A DNA stretch of 64,000 nucleotides from Macrostomum lignano (GCA_002269645.1 NIVC01001676.1:124001-188000); one strand, 5' to 3'. Positions 1-14,722 are shown, numbered from the stretch's first letter. Notes: generated by a model not told the origin, from the sequence alone. Numbers and translations: made by a program.

Positions 1-578
1 CTCTCCCACTCTGTCTCACTCTCACCCACTCTGTCCCACTCTCTCCCACTCTGTCTCACTCTCACCCACCATGTCTAACTCTCACCCACTCTGTCTCACT
101 CTCACTCACTCTGTCTCACTCTCACCCACTCTGTCCCACTCTCACCCACCATGTCTCACTCTCACCTACTCTGTCTCACTCTCACTCACTCTGTCTCACT
201 CTCACTCACTCTGTCTCACTGTCCCACTCTCACTCAGCCTGTCTCACTCTCACCCACTCTGTCTCACTCTCACTCACTCTGTCTCACTCTCACCCACTCT
301 GTCCCACTCTCACCCACTCTGTCTCACTCTCACCCACTCTGTCTCACTCTCACCCACCATGTCTAACTCTCACCCACTCTGTCTCACTCTCACCCACTCT
401 GCCTCACCCTCTCCCACTCTGTCTCACTCTCACCCACTCTGTCTCACTCTCACCCACCATGTCTCACTCTCACCTACTCTGTCTCACTCTCACTCACTCT
501 GTCTCACTCTCACTCACTCTGTCTCACTGTCCCACTCTCACTCAGCCTATCTCACTCTCACCCACTCTGTCTCACTCT
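1..578. repeat. CT-rich ~20-bp minisatellite (ctctcacccactctgtctca)
   Basis: Direct tandem repeat; begins about 30 nt into protocadherin intron 6. Confidence 0.95.
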
Positions 579-608
579 TAACAGCAGCCGTGAAGCACCC
601 AGTCTCAC

Positions 609-780
609 CCTGATATCCGGCAGGTCCGTGATCGCTGCCGCTGGTGCCTCCCTGATCAGCCAGGCTCCCGGTGCCCTTGCCGCTGTCATCGTTGGAGCCC
701 TCCAGAGACTGCAGGCTGGACAGGTCGGCCGGTGCCAGGCCGTCCTGCTGATAGGACATGTAGCCCTGGGCGGCGCCACC
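609..780 (-). CDS. Protocadherin exon 6 (cytoplasmic, DSGKG motif); gene continues beyond window start
   Basis: Acceptor AACAG|GGT; GGAAQGYMSYQQDG...SNDDSGKGTGS, which resembles the DSGxG conserved motif of delta-protocadherin tails; donor G|GTGAGA; no stop codon reached. Confidence 0.75.
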
Positions 781-1732
781 CTGTTTTTTGTTGAAAATCA
801 AATTTAGACGAAATGCGCAAATTCTATTACTCAAAGTAGAAGTCAACGCAAATAGCTGTCAAAAATTTGAAAGCGAAAGGAAAACAAAAGTTTATGACAG
901 AATTTGGCTAAAAATGCATTCCCATTGATTTGTTTATCTTTAATATAAGGCTGCCTTCAGTCAGTTTCAGACTGGCTTGCTTTCCAGCTGCAAAAAAATC
1001 ATCTCCCAAAGTTGCCAATCTGAAGGCCAAGCATCTCTTCTGCATCTTTCCGCCGCTGATATTGCAGGATGGTAGGTGGGTGGCGGAGGGCAAGTCTGAA
1101 AGACCCCCGGGCGCACTTAATTCCCTCTTCTCTCTCCTCCATTCTTCGTGCTGCTTTTTTAGAGACGACGCTCGAATGTATGGAAGGGGAAATTGTCGGT
1201 GGACGGGCCGGCCTCTCATCCGACTGCGACGCGGAATAGTTGGGGTAATTAGGGCCGCGCCAATGGCTTTTGAACTGCGCGCGTGTCTGGGCAGCCCCTC
1301 CCCAGCTCCCTGCAGTTTTACTCCCTTTAGCACTTAAGTCACTGAGGAAGGCGGGAGGGGCAGCAGACGGAACAGGCGCAATTCCCAGGCAAGCAAACCC
1401 AGGAAGCAAACAGCAAAGAAGTAAAGGTGGAGGCTACCGAATTAACTCTTTGCTGGACCAACAGCAGTTCGATAGGAGGGCGGCCTTGTCTCGGTATTTT
1501 TTTCTCAGAAAAAATTCGACCATGATGTCAAGTTTAAAAAAGCGGCGCAGAACAGGAGGGAACGATGGAATTTCGCTTTGGTGGTTTTTTAAAAAGACTT
1601 GGATGGGCAATTACTGTGCCCCCTGCTAAGCGGACTTCTGCGGCAGCAATTAAGACACCGGAGGTTGGTTGGGGAGAACTGAAGCAGTTGGATGATTTTA
1701 GCGCGTAACCTGCCTGCCATTGTAAGTCATGC

Positions 1733-1885
1733 GAGATGAGGCATCAGCATTCACAATGTCACAGCAGAGATGAGGCATCAGCATTCACAATGTCACAGCA
1801 GAGATGAGGCATCAGCATTCACAATGTCACAGCAGAGATGAGGCATCAGCATTCACAATGTCACAGCAGAGATGAGGCATCAGCA
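1733..1885. repeat. 34-bp minisatellite, ~4.5 copies
   Basis: Unit gagatgaggcatcagcattcacaatgtcacagca; about 9 nt from the exon 5 donor. Confidence 0.95.
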
Positions 1886-1894
1886 CTAACGAAC

Positions 1895-2115
1895 CCGGAA
1901 CTGCTGCACAGTGGATGAGATGCAGGATGCCATTGGTTTCACTTCCTCGACCGGGCTGTCGCTAAGGAAGCCGCCGCCGCCTCCAGACATCCGGGATGCC
2001 GGCGCGAACTTGACCCCGCGCCCGGATCCACCGGAGCGCCGTTGTTGACCGCCAGCTGAGGCCGAGACTGCCTCTCTGCGCTGCGGCCGCGGGTCCCTGG
2101 CGGCCATGAGAACCG
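1895..2115 (-). CDS. Protocadherin exon 5 (cytoplasmic)
   Basis: Acceptor CTCAG|CG; GC-rich open frame AVLMAARDPR...QQFR. Donor CGG|GTTCGT was chosen because it gives the phase 0 that exon 6 requires. Confidence 0.72.
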
Positions 2116-2145
2116 CTGAGGTGGGAGAAGGTGGGATGGCGCGAA

Positions 2146-2471
2146 TGTGACAGCATTGTGACAGCGGATGTGACAGCGGATGTGACAGCGGATGTGACAG
2201 CGGGTGTGACAGCGGGTGTGACAGCGAGTGTGAGAGCGGGTGTGACAGCGGGTGTGACAGCGAGTGTGACAGCGGGTGTGACAGCAGTGTGACAGCGGGT
2301 GTGACAGCGAGTATGAGAGCGGGTTTGACAGCGGGTGTGACAGCGGATGTGACAGCGGGTGTGACAGCGAGTGTGACAGCGGGTGTGACAGCGAGTGTGA
2401 CAGCGGGTGTGACAGCGAGTGTGACAGCGGGTGTGACAGCGGATGTGACAGCGGGTGTGGCAGGTGTGACA
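2146..2471. repeat. 12-bp minisatellite (tgtgacagcggg), ~27 copies
   Basis: Direct tandem repeat about 30 nt from the exon 5 acceptor. Confidence 0.95.
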
Positions 2472-3244
2472 TTAAGATGTAAACACAGAGTGAAAATAAA
2501 CATGAAATTGTGTGTGTCGATGAGTGTGAATCTTAGTGAGACCTCTAACCCTTAAAGCATTAACCCTAACCCAAATTCAAAATATTATAAAAGTGACCAC
2601 AATGATTGAAAAATTGAGTGCGACAATGGGAGTGAGGCAATAGACGTGAACCCGACAATAACAGCTGACATCGAAGGTCCCCCTGGAAAGTCAAAGTCAA
2701 AAAGCCAACGGTGCTGGTGGGGTGAAGGCCGAACATTCGGTGGCTGGCAGGCTCCCTCGGTGACCCCTTGGGGGGGGGGGGCGGAGAGCGAAAGAATTGA
2801 ATGAAAGTGGGAGCTCGGGGCTGGGAAGAAGGCAAGCGCTGCAACAGAAAGCTGATGCCGGCAGTGGAGGCTGCGATGCAGAAAAAAATATTAAGAGAGA
2901 GAGGCGCGGATGACTGACAGATGGAGAAAGTGAGAGACTGGGGGCAGGCGAAGGTGGCATTTGTTTCTCATTTCTGCGGCTATTCGATGATTCTGTTTCG
3001 AGTTTCGAGTTTCGGTGGGGCGCCCGTGCTGCCGGGGCTGCAGACTGAGAGGAGGCTGGCCTCCGGAAATCCCTCAGTAATTGGGATTATTTCGATCGAA
3101 AAATTTGGGAAATCAATTATCCGAGTGCAAGTGTTTATTTCGGCAAAAGTTTAATGAAAAATATGAAATAAACTGTTTATAAGTTCGTGAATTTTATCCC
3201 ATCTGACTTCACTCAATTCACCTGAAAAACTTTCTTTTGTGGCA

Positions 3245-4522
<1,278 letters not shown>

Positions 4523-4800
4523 TCAGGCCCCACTGGCTCCCCGATCCCCATCTTGGCAGATCCCGATTCTGACTGCATCAGGAAGGGATTTCCCCGGTCG
4601 CGCAAAAATCCCAATTGCAGTTGCTGGGCGCAGAGCAGAAGTCACAGGGGAAGGCATGGAGATTAGCACGAAAAGGAAAATATGAAGCGGCGCTCTAATC
4701 CCTAGTCGGGAATTCGATCTCATTAAATCCCCGCTGTCCTTCTTGGCTCAGTGGGCAAAACGCACATATTTCCAACTTTCACGGGAGCGGGCAGCTCAGG

Positions 4801-5580
<780 letters not shown>

Positions 5581-5585
5581 CTCAC

Positions 5586-6344
5586 CAGCACAGCGCTGCC
5601 GGCAGGTCAGCAAGATGATGCCTAACAGCAGCACCAGAACGAAGGCGGCGGTGACGGCCACCAGCCCGGCCACAACCAGCAAGCTGTCTGATGATGACTC
5701 TGAGACTCGGCCGCCGCTGCCGCCTCCCCCAGGGCCGCCGGCTCCGCCGATGCGGTCGGCGGTGCTCGCGCTGAACAGCACGGCGAGAGTCTGCTCGGTC
5801 TCCAGCGCCGGGTAGCCGGAGTCGCGCGCCACCACTGTGAGGTTCAGGCCGCCGGCCGCCAGGTCCTCGGCCGCCACTGGCCGGACCAGGGTCAACTCGC
5901 CGGTCTCCACGTCCACGTGGAACGGGCCGGCCAGTGGGCGTCGGATGAAATATGCCACCCGGCCGTTGGCGCCCGAATCGGCGTCTTTGGCAACCAGCCT
6001 AACAACCATGGTAGCTACCGAAGTTTTGGCCGATATTCGAAGTGTCCGGTTGCCAGGTGACGGGAACAGAAACCTTGGCGCGCAGTCGTTGACGTCCTCG
6101 ACGTCGATGACGACCGTTGCGGTGGAGGTGCGAGGCACTGTCGGGCTGGAGTCCTGCGCCAGGACGGCGAACTCGTAGCGAGAGGTGTGCTCCCGGTCCA
6201 GCGGCGAGATCAGCACGATGAGGCCCTGCGTGCTGACGTGAAACGGGCTGGATGGCGCTGACGCAGATGGCGACATTCGGAAGACAACTCTGGCGTTCTC
6301 GCCTTCGTCCGGGTCAGTGGCGTTCAGCTGACCCACGTGGTGGC
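5586..6344 (-). CDS. Protocadherin exon 4 (EC6, EC7, transmembrane helix)
   Basis: Acceptor CCAAG|GC; ATDPDEGENA, LDRE, EDVNDCAP, AKDADSGANG; TM segment LLVVAGLVAVTAAFVLVLLLGIILLTC; donor G|GTGAGG; 759 nt, phase 1/1. Confidence 0.93.
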
Positions 6345-6404
6345 CTTGGGAGGTGGAGAGGAAATGAGAGGCCATCAGCTGACAATATGGGCACCTGTGA
6401 AGAC

Positions 6405-7091
6405 GCAAACTTGACTAAATTGTGGCACTTCTGAGGACACAAACTTGACTAAATTGTGGCACTTCTGAGGACACAAACTTGAACTTGACTAAATTGTGTC
6501 CCTTCTGAGGACACAAACTTGACTAAATTGTGGCACTTCTGATGACACAAACTTGACTAAATTGTGGCACTTCTGATGACACAAACTTGACTAAATTGTG
6601 GCACATCTGAGGACACAAACTTGACTAAATTGTGGCACATCTGAGGACACAAACTTGACTAAATTGTGGCACTTCTGAGGACACAAACTTGACTAAATTG
6701 TGGCACTTCTGATGACACAAACTTGACTAAATTGTGGCACATCTGAGGACACAAACTTGACTAAATTGTGGCACATCTGAGGACACAAACTTGACTAAAT
6801 TGTGGCACATCTGAGGACACAAACTTGACTAAATTGTGGCACATCTGAGGACACAAACTTGACTAAATTGTGGCACTTCTGAGGACACAAACTTGACTAA
6901 ATTGTGGCACTTCTGATGACACAAACTTGACTAAATTGTGGCACATCTGAGGACACAAACTTGACTAAATTGTGGCACATCTGAGGACACAAACTTGACT
7001 AAATTGTGGCACTTCTGAGGACACAAACTTGACTAAATTGTGGCACCTGAGAGAACACAAACTTGACCAAATTGTGGCACCTGAGAGGACA
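6405..7091. repeat. 34-bp minisatellite, ~20 copies
   Basis: Unit acacaaacttgactaaattgtggcacttctgagg; no spacers. Confidence 0.96.
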
Positions 7092-8240
7092 CGTCGCCAT
7101 CGTAAATGCAGGGTGTCAAGTGTCGTGCAGCTTTGTTTGGATGAATTTGTCCTTGCAAGCCCAAGACTTTTCTAGTCTCTTACTCAGCACCCGCGCAGCA
7201 ATGGATTTCTAATAGAGACTTGAGCCGGAGACCTATTTGATAATGGAGCTAATTCTCTAAGCTGATTATCACCCGATGTAGCCAGCAGCAAAATTGCTAG
7301 AAACTGGAGAACAGCAAACTACGAATGGGAAGAGTAAGCTTGCTAAATAAGAAGATTTAGATTAAGTCTCATCAACGTAATAAAGTTTAGATGGGCTGCG
7401 AGCAATGAATTAAATTTGTTTTTTTTTCATTTAGAATCCAAAGCGCGCACTACCAGAAGGAGTGCATTTGAACGCAGTGGCATACAGGCGCTCTTTCACT
7501 ATCTTAAGAAGCAGTTTGAATGCACCTTGCAAAGTTATCATAGCAGCTCAATGGAAAAAGTTACGGCTGACACATACAGGTAAAGTGGAACCAGTACTAT
7601 AATAAATGAGCCGCCAATCCTGGGTTTCACTTGCCCAGCGCCTACAGCTGCCAAACTGATGCTGCAGAAGAAGATCTGTCACTGCCTCTCTCCATCTGCG
7701 CCTGTCTGTCTTGACTACCAAAGCTACCAGTGCCACTGCTGCAGAGATGTAATTTTGATGGAAGATCCGCCACGAGAGGCCGGCCCAGTTGATTAGTGCC
7801 AACCGCGGTAGCACTCGCGCTAATGAAGAAGCTTTCTGTAGGCTTGTAATACTTCTGCTTTTTTTGGCAAATGCACGTATCTCCCAGCCCAGCCAGTGTA
7901 TTCCGGGGTCCCCAGCAATTAGTGCCAGCTGACCTGACCCGGCCGGCAGGACTTATAGGACTCCCAGCAACAGCTCTGAGCTGCTGAGCAGTTGGTAAGG
8001 AGCGGAAATCTTGTCTGGACTCTCTAGAGGACGGGAGAAGGTAATGCAATCAGGTTGGAGAGGCGTCCAAGCCTCCAAGTGGGGGCGGTGGCTCTGCAAA
8101 ATAAACTGAGTTTCTGGCTTTTTAAGTACTTTCAAAATTTGACATGTTCTGCTTACAGTTCAACATCTGGACTTGCTCTTGCTGAAATAAAAAAAACACG
8201 AATCTCTGTCAAGTTACGGCGGAAATGAACCGAATAACTT

Positions 8241-8457
8241 AATAATAATATTTGAGGGAGGGCTGACCCTGGCGCAACCGTCCCACAACCCTCAATTACC
8301 CCAGCTAATGCTGCACCCATTTTACAGCTGGGTGAACTGAAGCAATGCAGAGTTAAGCGTCTTGCTCAAGGACACAAATTGTTCCAGTGGGATCGGGAAT
8401 CGAACCCACGACCTTCAAGTCGTGAGTCCGACGCTCTAACCACTAGGCTACAACCCC
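8241..8457 (-). mobile_element. tRNA-derived CORE-SINE (MIR-like core)
   Basis: The minus strand reads A-box TAGCCTAGTGG, B-box GGTTCGATTCC, then TGTGTCCTTGAGCAAGACGCTTAAC...CAGCTGTAAAATGGG, which aligns by eye to the MIR/CORE central domain, then a short (ATT)n tail. Confidence 0.85.
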
Positions 8458-8575
8458 TCTCATCATACGAGTGAAATAAATAATTTAAGCTTAGCTATCA
8501 ACAGTTTAGCCTCCCAGCAACAATCTCCCTTCCCGTGTGCATCTCAGCAGGTGTCCCCCCGCTCGCAGCCCTCAC

Positions 8576-9190
8576 CGATGCTGGCATTCTCAGCCACCAG
8601 GAAGGCGAAGAACGGCGCCACCGCCGGCGCATTGTCGTTGTCATCCTCCACCATGACGACTACGCTGGCCGTGGCAGACAGCGACGGCTCACCGTGGTCG
8701 AAAGCCACCACGTCGAAGGCGTACCTCGGCACCGTCTCCCGGTCCAGACGGCGCGTCAGAGTCGCCCGACCGTCGGCGCCGATTTTGAAGACGTCAGCGG
8801 CCGCTTCGGCGCCGGGTCCGGTGGCATTGATGGCGTAGGCCAGCCGGGCATTGTCACCGGCGTCCGGGTCCTCGGCGGCCACGGAGAAGGCCACCTGGCC
8901 TTGACGGGTTGCCTCGTTGATGGTGAAGTAGAAGACGCTGGTCGGAATGCCGGCGGATTATCGTTCAAGTCGACGATCTCCAAGTTGACGGTCTCAACGG
9001 CCGTGTTGGCCGGCTGGCCGCTGTCCGAGCAGCTGAGTCGGAGGCTCAGCGACCTGCCGGCCGGGCCGTCCGTCTCGCGATCCAGCGGCCTGGCGGTCAT
9101 CAAGCGGTAGAGGGTGGCGCCCGACTCGCGCAGCGGCAGCTGCACCAGCTTGAACAGGTCTTTGTGCGAGCCGGAGAGGCTGCAGCTGAC
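8576..9190 (-). CDS. Protocadherin exon 3 (EC4 to EC6); one-base frameshift at 8944-8945
   Basis: Acceptor CTGCAG|GTC; LDRE, VDLNDNPP, AEDPDAGDNA, LDRE, EDDNDNAP; donor G|GTGAGG. The exon is 615 nt; +1 C restores FPTSVFYFTINE and phase 1. Confidence 0.9.
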
Positions 9191-9216
9191 CTGCAGAGAC
9201 GTTGCGACATCATTGA

Positions 9217-9508
9217 GACGGTTGGGTGTGACAGACGGTTGGGTGTGACAGACGGTTGGGTGTGACAGACGGTTGGGTGTGACAGACGGTTGGGTGTGAC
9301 AGACGGTTGGGTGTGACAGACGGTTGGGTGTGACAGACGGTTGGGTGTGACAGACGGTTGGGTGTGACAGACGGTTGGGTGTGACAGACGGTTGGGTGTG
9401 ACAGACGGTTGGATGTGACAGACGGTTGGGTGTGACAGACGGTTGGGTGTGACAGACGGTTGGGTGTGACAGACGGTTGGGTGTGACAGACGGTTGGGTG
9501 TGACAGAC
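9217..9508. repeat. 17-bp minisatellite (gacggttgggtgtgaca), ~17 copies
   Basis: Direct tandem repeat in protocadherin intron 2. Confidence 0.96.
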
Positions 9509-9545
9509 AATGCGGCGTGCAGTTAGCCAGGAGAATGAATTTTTT

Positions 9546-9596
9546 GGCACTGATGTGGCACTGATGTGGCACTGATGTGGCACTGATGTGGCACTG
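9546..9596. repeat. 11-bp repeat (tggcactgatg), ~4.5 copies
   Basis: Direct tandem repeat next to the exon 2 donor. Confidence 0.9.
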
Positions 9597-9610
9597 GTCG
9601 CAGCACTCAC

Positions 9611-9997
9611 TTTTCCGTTGTCGCCAGAGTCGGCATCGCGTACTGTTACTATGGTAACTGTTCGCGGTTTCTCATTCTCCACAATCTGGAACGGTCCGCC
9701 GCCGGCCGGCCGGGAGCTCAGCCCGATCCTTGGCGGCTCGTCGTTCACGTCAATAACGGTGACAATCACCTGGGCAGTGCTTTGCCGCGGTGCCACCCGG
9801 TTCTGGTCCTGAGCCACCACCGTGAACCGGTGCTCCCTCGACTGCTCAAAGTCCAGCGGGGCGGCCACACGGAGGCTACCGCTAGCCGGGTCCATGACGA
9901 ATAGGGAGCGAACCCGGGCCGCCTCAAAGGCCGAAATCGAGTAGGTCACCCGGCCATTCTGTCCGACATCTTTATCGACTGCTCGGACTTGCAGAAC
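9611..9997 (-). CDS. Protocadherin exon 2 (EC3 to EC4)
   Basis: Acceptor TGCAG|GTT; VRAVDKDVGQNG, LDFE, IDVNDEPP, DADSGDNG; donor AAA|GTGAGT; 387 nt, phase 0/0. Confidence 0.92.
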
Positions 9998-10134
9998 CTG
10001 CACGATGGACAAGTTGGGAGGAGGGCTCAGGATGCTGGAAATGAATTGAGATGCCAAAAAGTAGCCACGCGTGACAAAAATTCCAACTGATTTCTACGAA
10101 TCCAAACCTTAGCTTTCTGGGATATCCAGTTGTG

Positions 10135-10585
10135 ATTATTAAGAACAAATGCCTGATTTCTAAGAATCAAGACCTGATTTCTAAGAATGTAGTTCTGCTT
10201 TCTGTGAAGCTAGATCTGATTTCTAAGAATCTAGATCTTATTTTTAAAAACCTAGATTGTATTTCTAATAATCTAGATCTAATTTCTAAGAATCAATGCC
10301 TGATTTCTAAGAATCTAAATCTGATTTCTAGGAATCAGGACCTGATTTCTAAGAATCTAGATCTGATTTCTAAGAATCTAGATCTGATTTCTAAGAATCT
10401 AGATCTTATTTCTAAGAATCTAGATCTGATTTCTAAGAATCTAGATCTTATTTCTAAGAATCTAGATCTTATTTCTAAGAATCAAGACCTGATTTCTAAG
10501 AATCTAGATCTAGAGACCGTTTTTAGTAAATGGATTTCTAAGAATCTAAATCTAATTTCCAAGAATCAATAATCTATTTCTAAGG
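10135..10585. repeat. 21-bp minisatellite (gatttctaagaatctagatct)
   Basis: Degenerate tandem repeat. Confidence 0.92.
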
Positions 10586-11614
10586 CACGATTTTTTAGGT
10601 CAGTAGAATATCAGTGAAATCCACAACATGACATTCCGCTAAACTTATGCAACAAAGCCAAAGACCTTCCAATCGACCTACGATTTTCACATGGCGCTAA
10701 TTATATCTGGTTGGCTAAATATAGGTTCTGTATCGCTTTTGTAACTCAGCAATCCTAGCTAAATTTGATTCATTTAAAAAATAAGTGTAGATTTTATTTA
10801 AACAAGACCAACGTGCAAAGTCTTGCTTTAAAAAAGTTCAGAAAAGCATTTGACGCCTCTCTCCCCAAGCACCGAGACAGTGCTTATTCATATTCATGGG
10901 AAAATATATGTTTAGCACCGACATCGTTTGTCGCACGCATCCAGCAGCACCCCCCCTCTACTATCCAAGCCGTCCCTGAATTTCAGAACGCCAGAAAGGA
11001 GAGAAAAGCTGTTTGAATAATTCCGACTGTTGCTCCATCAATTTATGAGGCCGAGGCGTGCAGCTTTCTCAGAATTAAACAAGACAGGAAGCCCAGGCAG
11101 TTTTGCAACTTCGCAGTCGGCTGTAGCGCATTTTCTGTCCAGCTCTCGGACCAGAAAAAACAGAATCTTCCTCTGGGATGTACCAGTTAGCATCCGGAGA
11201 CAGACAGAGAGAGAGTAAACAGGGGGAATTTTACACCCAGAGCTCCATGGCCGCTTTCGGTCAAATGAAGGGTCAGCGCTGGCAAACAGACCGGGGGCAT
11301 TTCGCTGCCACCCAGGTGCCCGGCAGTTCGCATCAGTCAATTTTTTTCATCACACTGAGCTGGGTGGGGAGGCGCTAAAAAGCGTTAAAAAGGCAAACAG
11401 CAGGAGGTCTGGTAGCAGGATTTGTGCCGCCAATTGGACACGAAGCGAGTTTGCTCAGAGCCTTCCAGCTCACGCGGCTTCGCTCGGGGCTCCTGGCTTT
11501 TTTGCAGGCTCGATGAGCTCGCGTTCGGGAAATTTGACTGGCCTCAGTAACTGACTCAGCTTCCCCTTCTCGTGTCTACTTTTGAGTCCGGCTCTACCGC
11601 TTCTATCTTTGGGG

Positions 11615-12930
11615 TATCTCTGTCTCCCTCTCACCCCTATCTCCCTCTCACCCCTGTCTCCCTCTCAGCTCTCTGTCTCCCTCTCAGCCCTCTGTCTCCC
11701 TCTCACCCCTGTCTCCCTCTCAGCTCTCTGTCTCCCTCTCAGCCCTCTGGCTCCCTCTCAACCCTGTCTCCCTCTCACCCCTGTCTCCCTCTCAGCCCTC
11801 TGTCTCCCTCTCACCCCTGTCTCACTCTGTCTCCCTCTGTCTCCCTCTCACCCCTCTGTCTCCCTCTCACCCCTCTGTCTCCCTCTCACCTCTCTGTCTC
11901 TCTCACCTCTCTGTCTCCCTCTCACCCCTCTGTCTCCCTCTCACCCCTCTGTCTCCCTCTCACCCCTCTGTCTCCCTCTCACCCCTCTGTCTCCCTCTCA
12001 CCCCTCTGTCTCCCTCTCACCCCTCTGTCTCCCTCTCACCCCTCTGTCTCCCTCTGTCTCCCTCTCACCCTTCTGTCTCCCTCTCACCCTCTGTCTCCCT
12101 CTCACCTCTCAGTCTCTCTTTCACCCCTCTGTCTCCCTCTCACCCTTCTGTCTCCCTCTCACCCTCTGTCTCCCTCTCACCTCTCTGTCTCTTCCTCACC
12201 CCTCTATCTCCCTCTCACCCCTCTGTCTCCCTCTCACCTCTTTGTCTCTCTCTCACCCCTCTGTCTCCCTCTCACCCCTCTATCTCCCTCTCTGTCTCTT
12301 TCTCTGTCTCCCTCTCACCCCTCTGTCTCCCTCTCACCCCTCTGTCTCCCTCTCACCTCTCTGTCTCTCTCACCTCTCTGTCTCCCTCTCACCCCTCTGT
12401 CTCCCTCTCACCCCTCTGTCTCCCTCTCACCCCTCTGTCTCCCTCTCACCCCTCTGTCTCCCTCTCACCCCTCTGTCTCCCTCTCAGTCTCTCTTTCACC
12501 CCTCTGTCTCCCTCTCACCCTTCTGTCTCCCTCTCACCCTCTGTCTCCCTCTCACCTCTCTGTCTCTTCCTCACCCCTCTATCTCCCTCTCACCCCTCTG
12601 TCTCCCTCTCACCTCTTTGTCTCTCTCTCACCCCTCTGTCTCCCTCTCACCCCTCTGTCTCCCTCTCAGTCTCTCTTTCACCCCTCTGTCTCCCTCTCAC
12701 CCTTCTGTCTCCCTCTCACCCTCTGTCTCCCTCTCACCTCTCTGTCTCTTCCTCACCCCTCTATCTCCCTCTCACCCCTCTGTCTCCCTCTCACCTCTTT
12801 GTCTCTCTCTCACCCCTCTGTCTCCCTCTCACCCCTCTATCTCCCTCTCTGTCTCTTTCTCTGTCTCCCTCTCAGCCCTCTGTCTCCCTCTCTGTCTCTT
12901 TCTCTGTCTCCCTCTCACCTCTCTGTCCCT
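11615..12930. repeat. CT-rich ~21-bp minisatellite (ctctgtctccctctcacccct)
   Basis: Tandem repeat with internal block duplications. Confidence 0.95.
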
Positions 12931-13469
12931 CCCCATTCCATCAACGTCTCTCCCCCTTCTCACAAAGCTTTGTCCTTTAATTTCCGCATTGAAATTGCAT
13001 CATGGATGGCCTTTTAAATCCCCATAGAAATGTTGATTTCAACCGATTTCCTCCCACCTTCCCTGACCGCTGTTTGCACTGGGGGCTGAGATGTACATGC
13101 CGGCTCCGCTGCAGCTTGAGAATCTCTGAGCTGTCCGAATGAAATTCGAGCACTCACACAATCAGTCTGTGTATTTATAAAGTTTGCCCCGATAAACCCA
13201 GCTCACTCCCCATTCCAAACTAATGATCCCCACAGCATCCCACCCACACTGTCTGCCACTCAACCCTCAACTCACTGGACTTTTATCAGTTAGCCATTTT
13301 TGCTCAGTTTAAGCTCCCCGCATCCCTCTTGAGTCCTTCCTTGAATCTGCCCCATCTGCTATAGTCGGCTGCAGCTATCTCTACACATGTGGAGCATCCG
13401 CTTCTGATAAAGAGCGAACTGCAATTTGGATCTCATACCTAAAATATCACTTCTGCTATGAGACTCTCA

Positions 13470-14722
13470 CCTTTGGGATGAGACTCTTACAATGGAAACA
13501 AGAATCTCACCTTTAGAATAGAGAATCCCACTTTTCGGATGAAGTATTTCATCTTTAGAATCGAGAATCTCACTTTTCGGATAAAGAATCTCACCTTAGG
13601 AACAAGAATCTCACTTTAGGAGCGAGAATCTCACCTTTCGGGTGAAGAATCTCACCTTAGGCACAAGAATATCACCTCAGAAACAAGAATATCACCTCAA
13701 AAACAAGAATCTCACCTCAGAAACAATAATCTCACCTCAGAAACAGGTATCTCACCACAGAAACAAGAATCTCACTTCAGAAACAAGAATCTTATCTAAG
13801 AAACAAGAATCTTATCTAAGAAACAAGAATCTTATCTAAGAAACAAGAATCTTATCTAAGAAACAAGAATTTTATCTAAGAAACAAGAATTTTATCTAAG
13901 AAACAAGAATCTTAACACAGAAACAAGAATCTCACTTCAGAAACAAAAATGTTACCTCAGAAACAAAAATCTCACCTCAGAAGCAAGAATCTCACCTCAG
14001 AAACAAGAATCTCACCTCAGAAACAAGAATCTCACCACAGAAACAAAAATCTTACCTCAGAAACAAGAATCTCACTTCAGAAACAAGAATCTTATCTAAG
14101 AAACAAGAATCTTAACACAGAAACAAGAATCTCACCACAGAAACAAGAATCTCACTTCAGAAACAAGAATCTTATCAAAGAAACAAGAATCTTATCTAAG
14201 AAACAAGAATCTTATCAAAGAAACAAGAAGTCTCACCTCAGAAACAATAATCTTACCTTAGGCACAAGAATCTCACCTTAGGAACAAGAATCTCACCTTA
14301 GGAACAAGAATCTCACCTTAGGCACAAGAATCTCACCTTAGGCACAAGAATCTCACCTTAGGAACAAGAATCTCACGTTAGGCACAAGAATCTCACCTTA
14401 GGCACAATAATCTCACCTTAGGAACAAGAATCTCACGTTAGGCCCAAGAATCTCACCTTAGGCACAAGAATCTCACGTTAGGCACAAGAATCTCACCTTC
14501 GGCACAAGAATCTCACCTTAGAAAAAGTCTCACCTTAGGAACAAGAATCTCACCTTAGGCACAAGAATCTCACCTTAGGAACAAGAATCTCACCTTAGGC
14601 ACAAGAATCTCATCTTAGGCACAAGAATCTCACCTTAGGCACATGAATCTCACCTTAGGCACAAGAATCTCACCTTAGGCACAAGAATCTCACCTTAGAA
14701 AAAGTCTCACCTTAGGAACAAG
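13470..14722. repeat. 20-bp minisatellite (aagaatctcacctcagaaac / aagaatctcaccttaggcac)
   Basis: Tandem repeat whose unit changes gradually along the array. Confidence 0.94.

Noticed and set aside
908-1629. Overlapping ORFs of 119-141 aa in protocadherin intron 5
   Set aside because: No recognisable motifs, and exons 5 and 6 join in phase without them.
2545-2572. TAACCCTAACCC telomere-like sequence
   Set aside because: Only about two units, too short to call an interstitial telomeric array.
6405-7091. 34-bp and 40-bp direct repeats of CRISPR-like length (also 34230-35888)
   Set aside because: The units are contiguous with no unique spacers, there are no cas genes, and the context is eukaryotic.
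8388-8457. Possible tRNA gene (anticodon loop CTCACGA)
   Set aside because: The T-stem and acceptor stem cannot both form (about 3 nt are missing), the anticodon stem is weak, and the sequence runs into a CORE domain. It is a SINE head.
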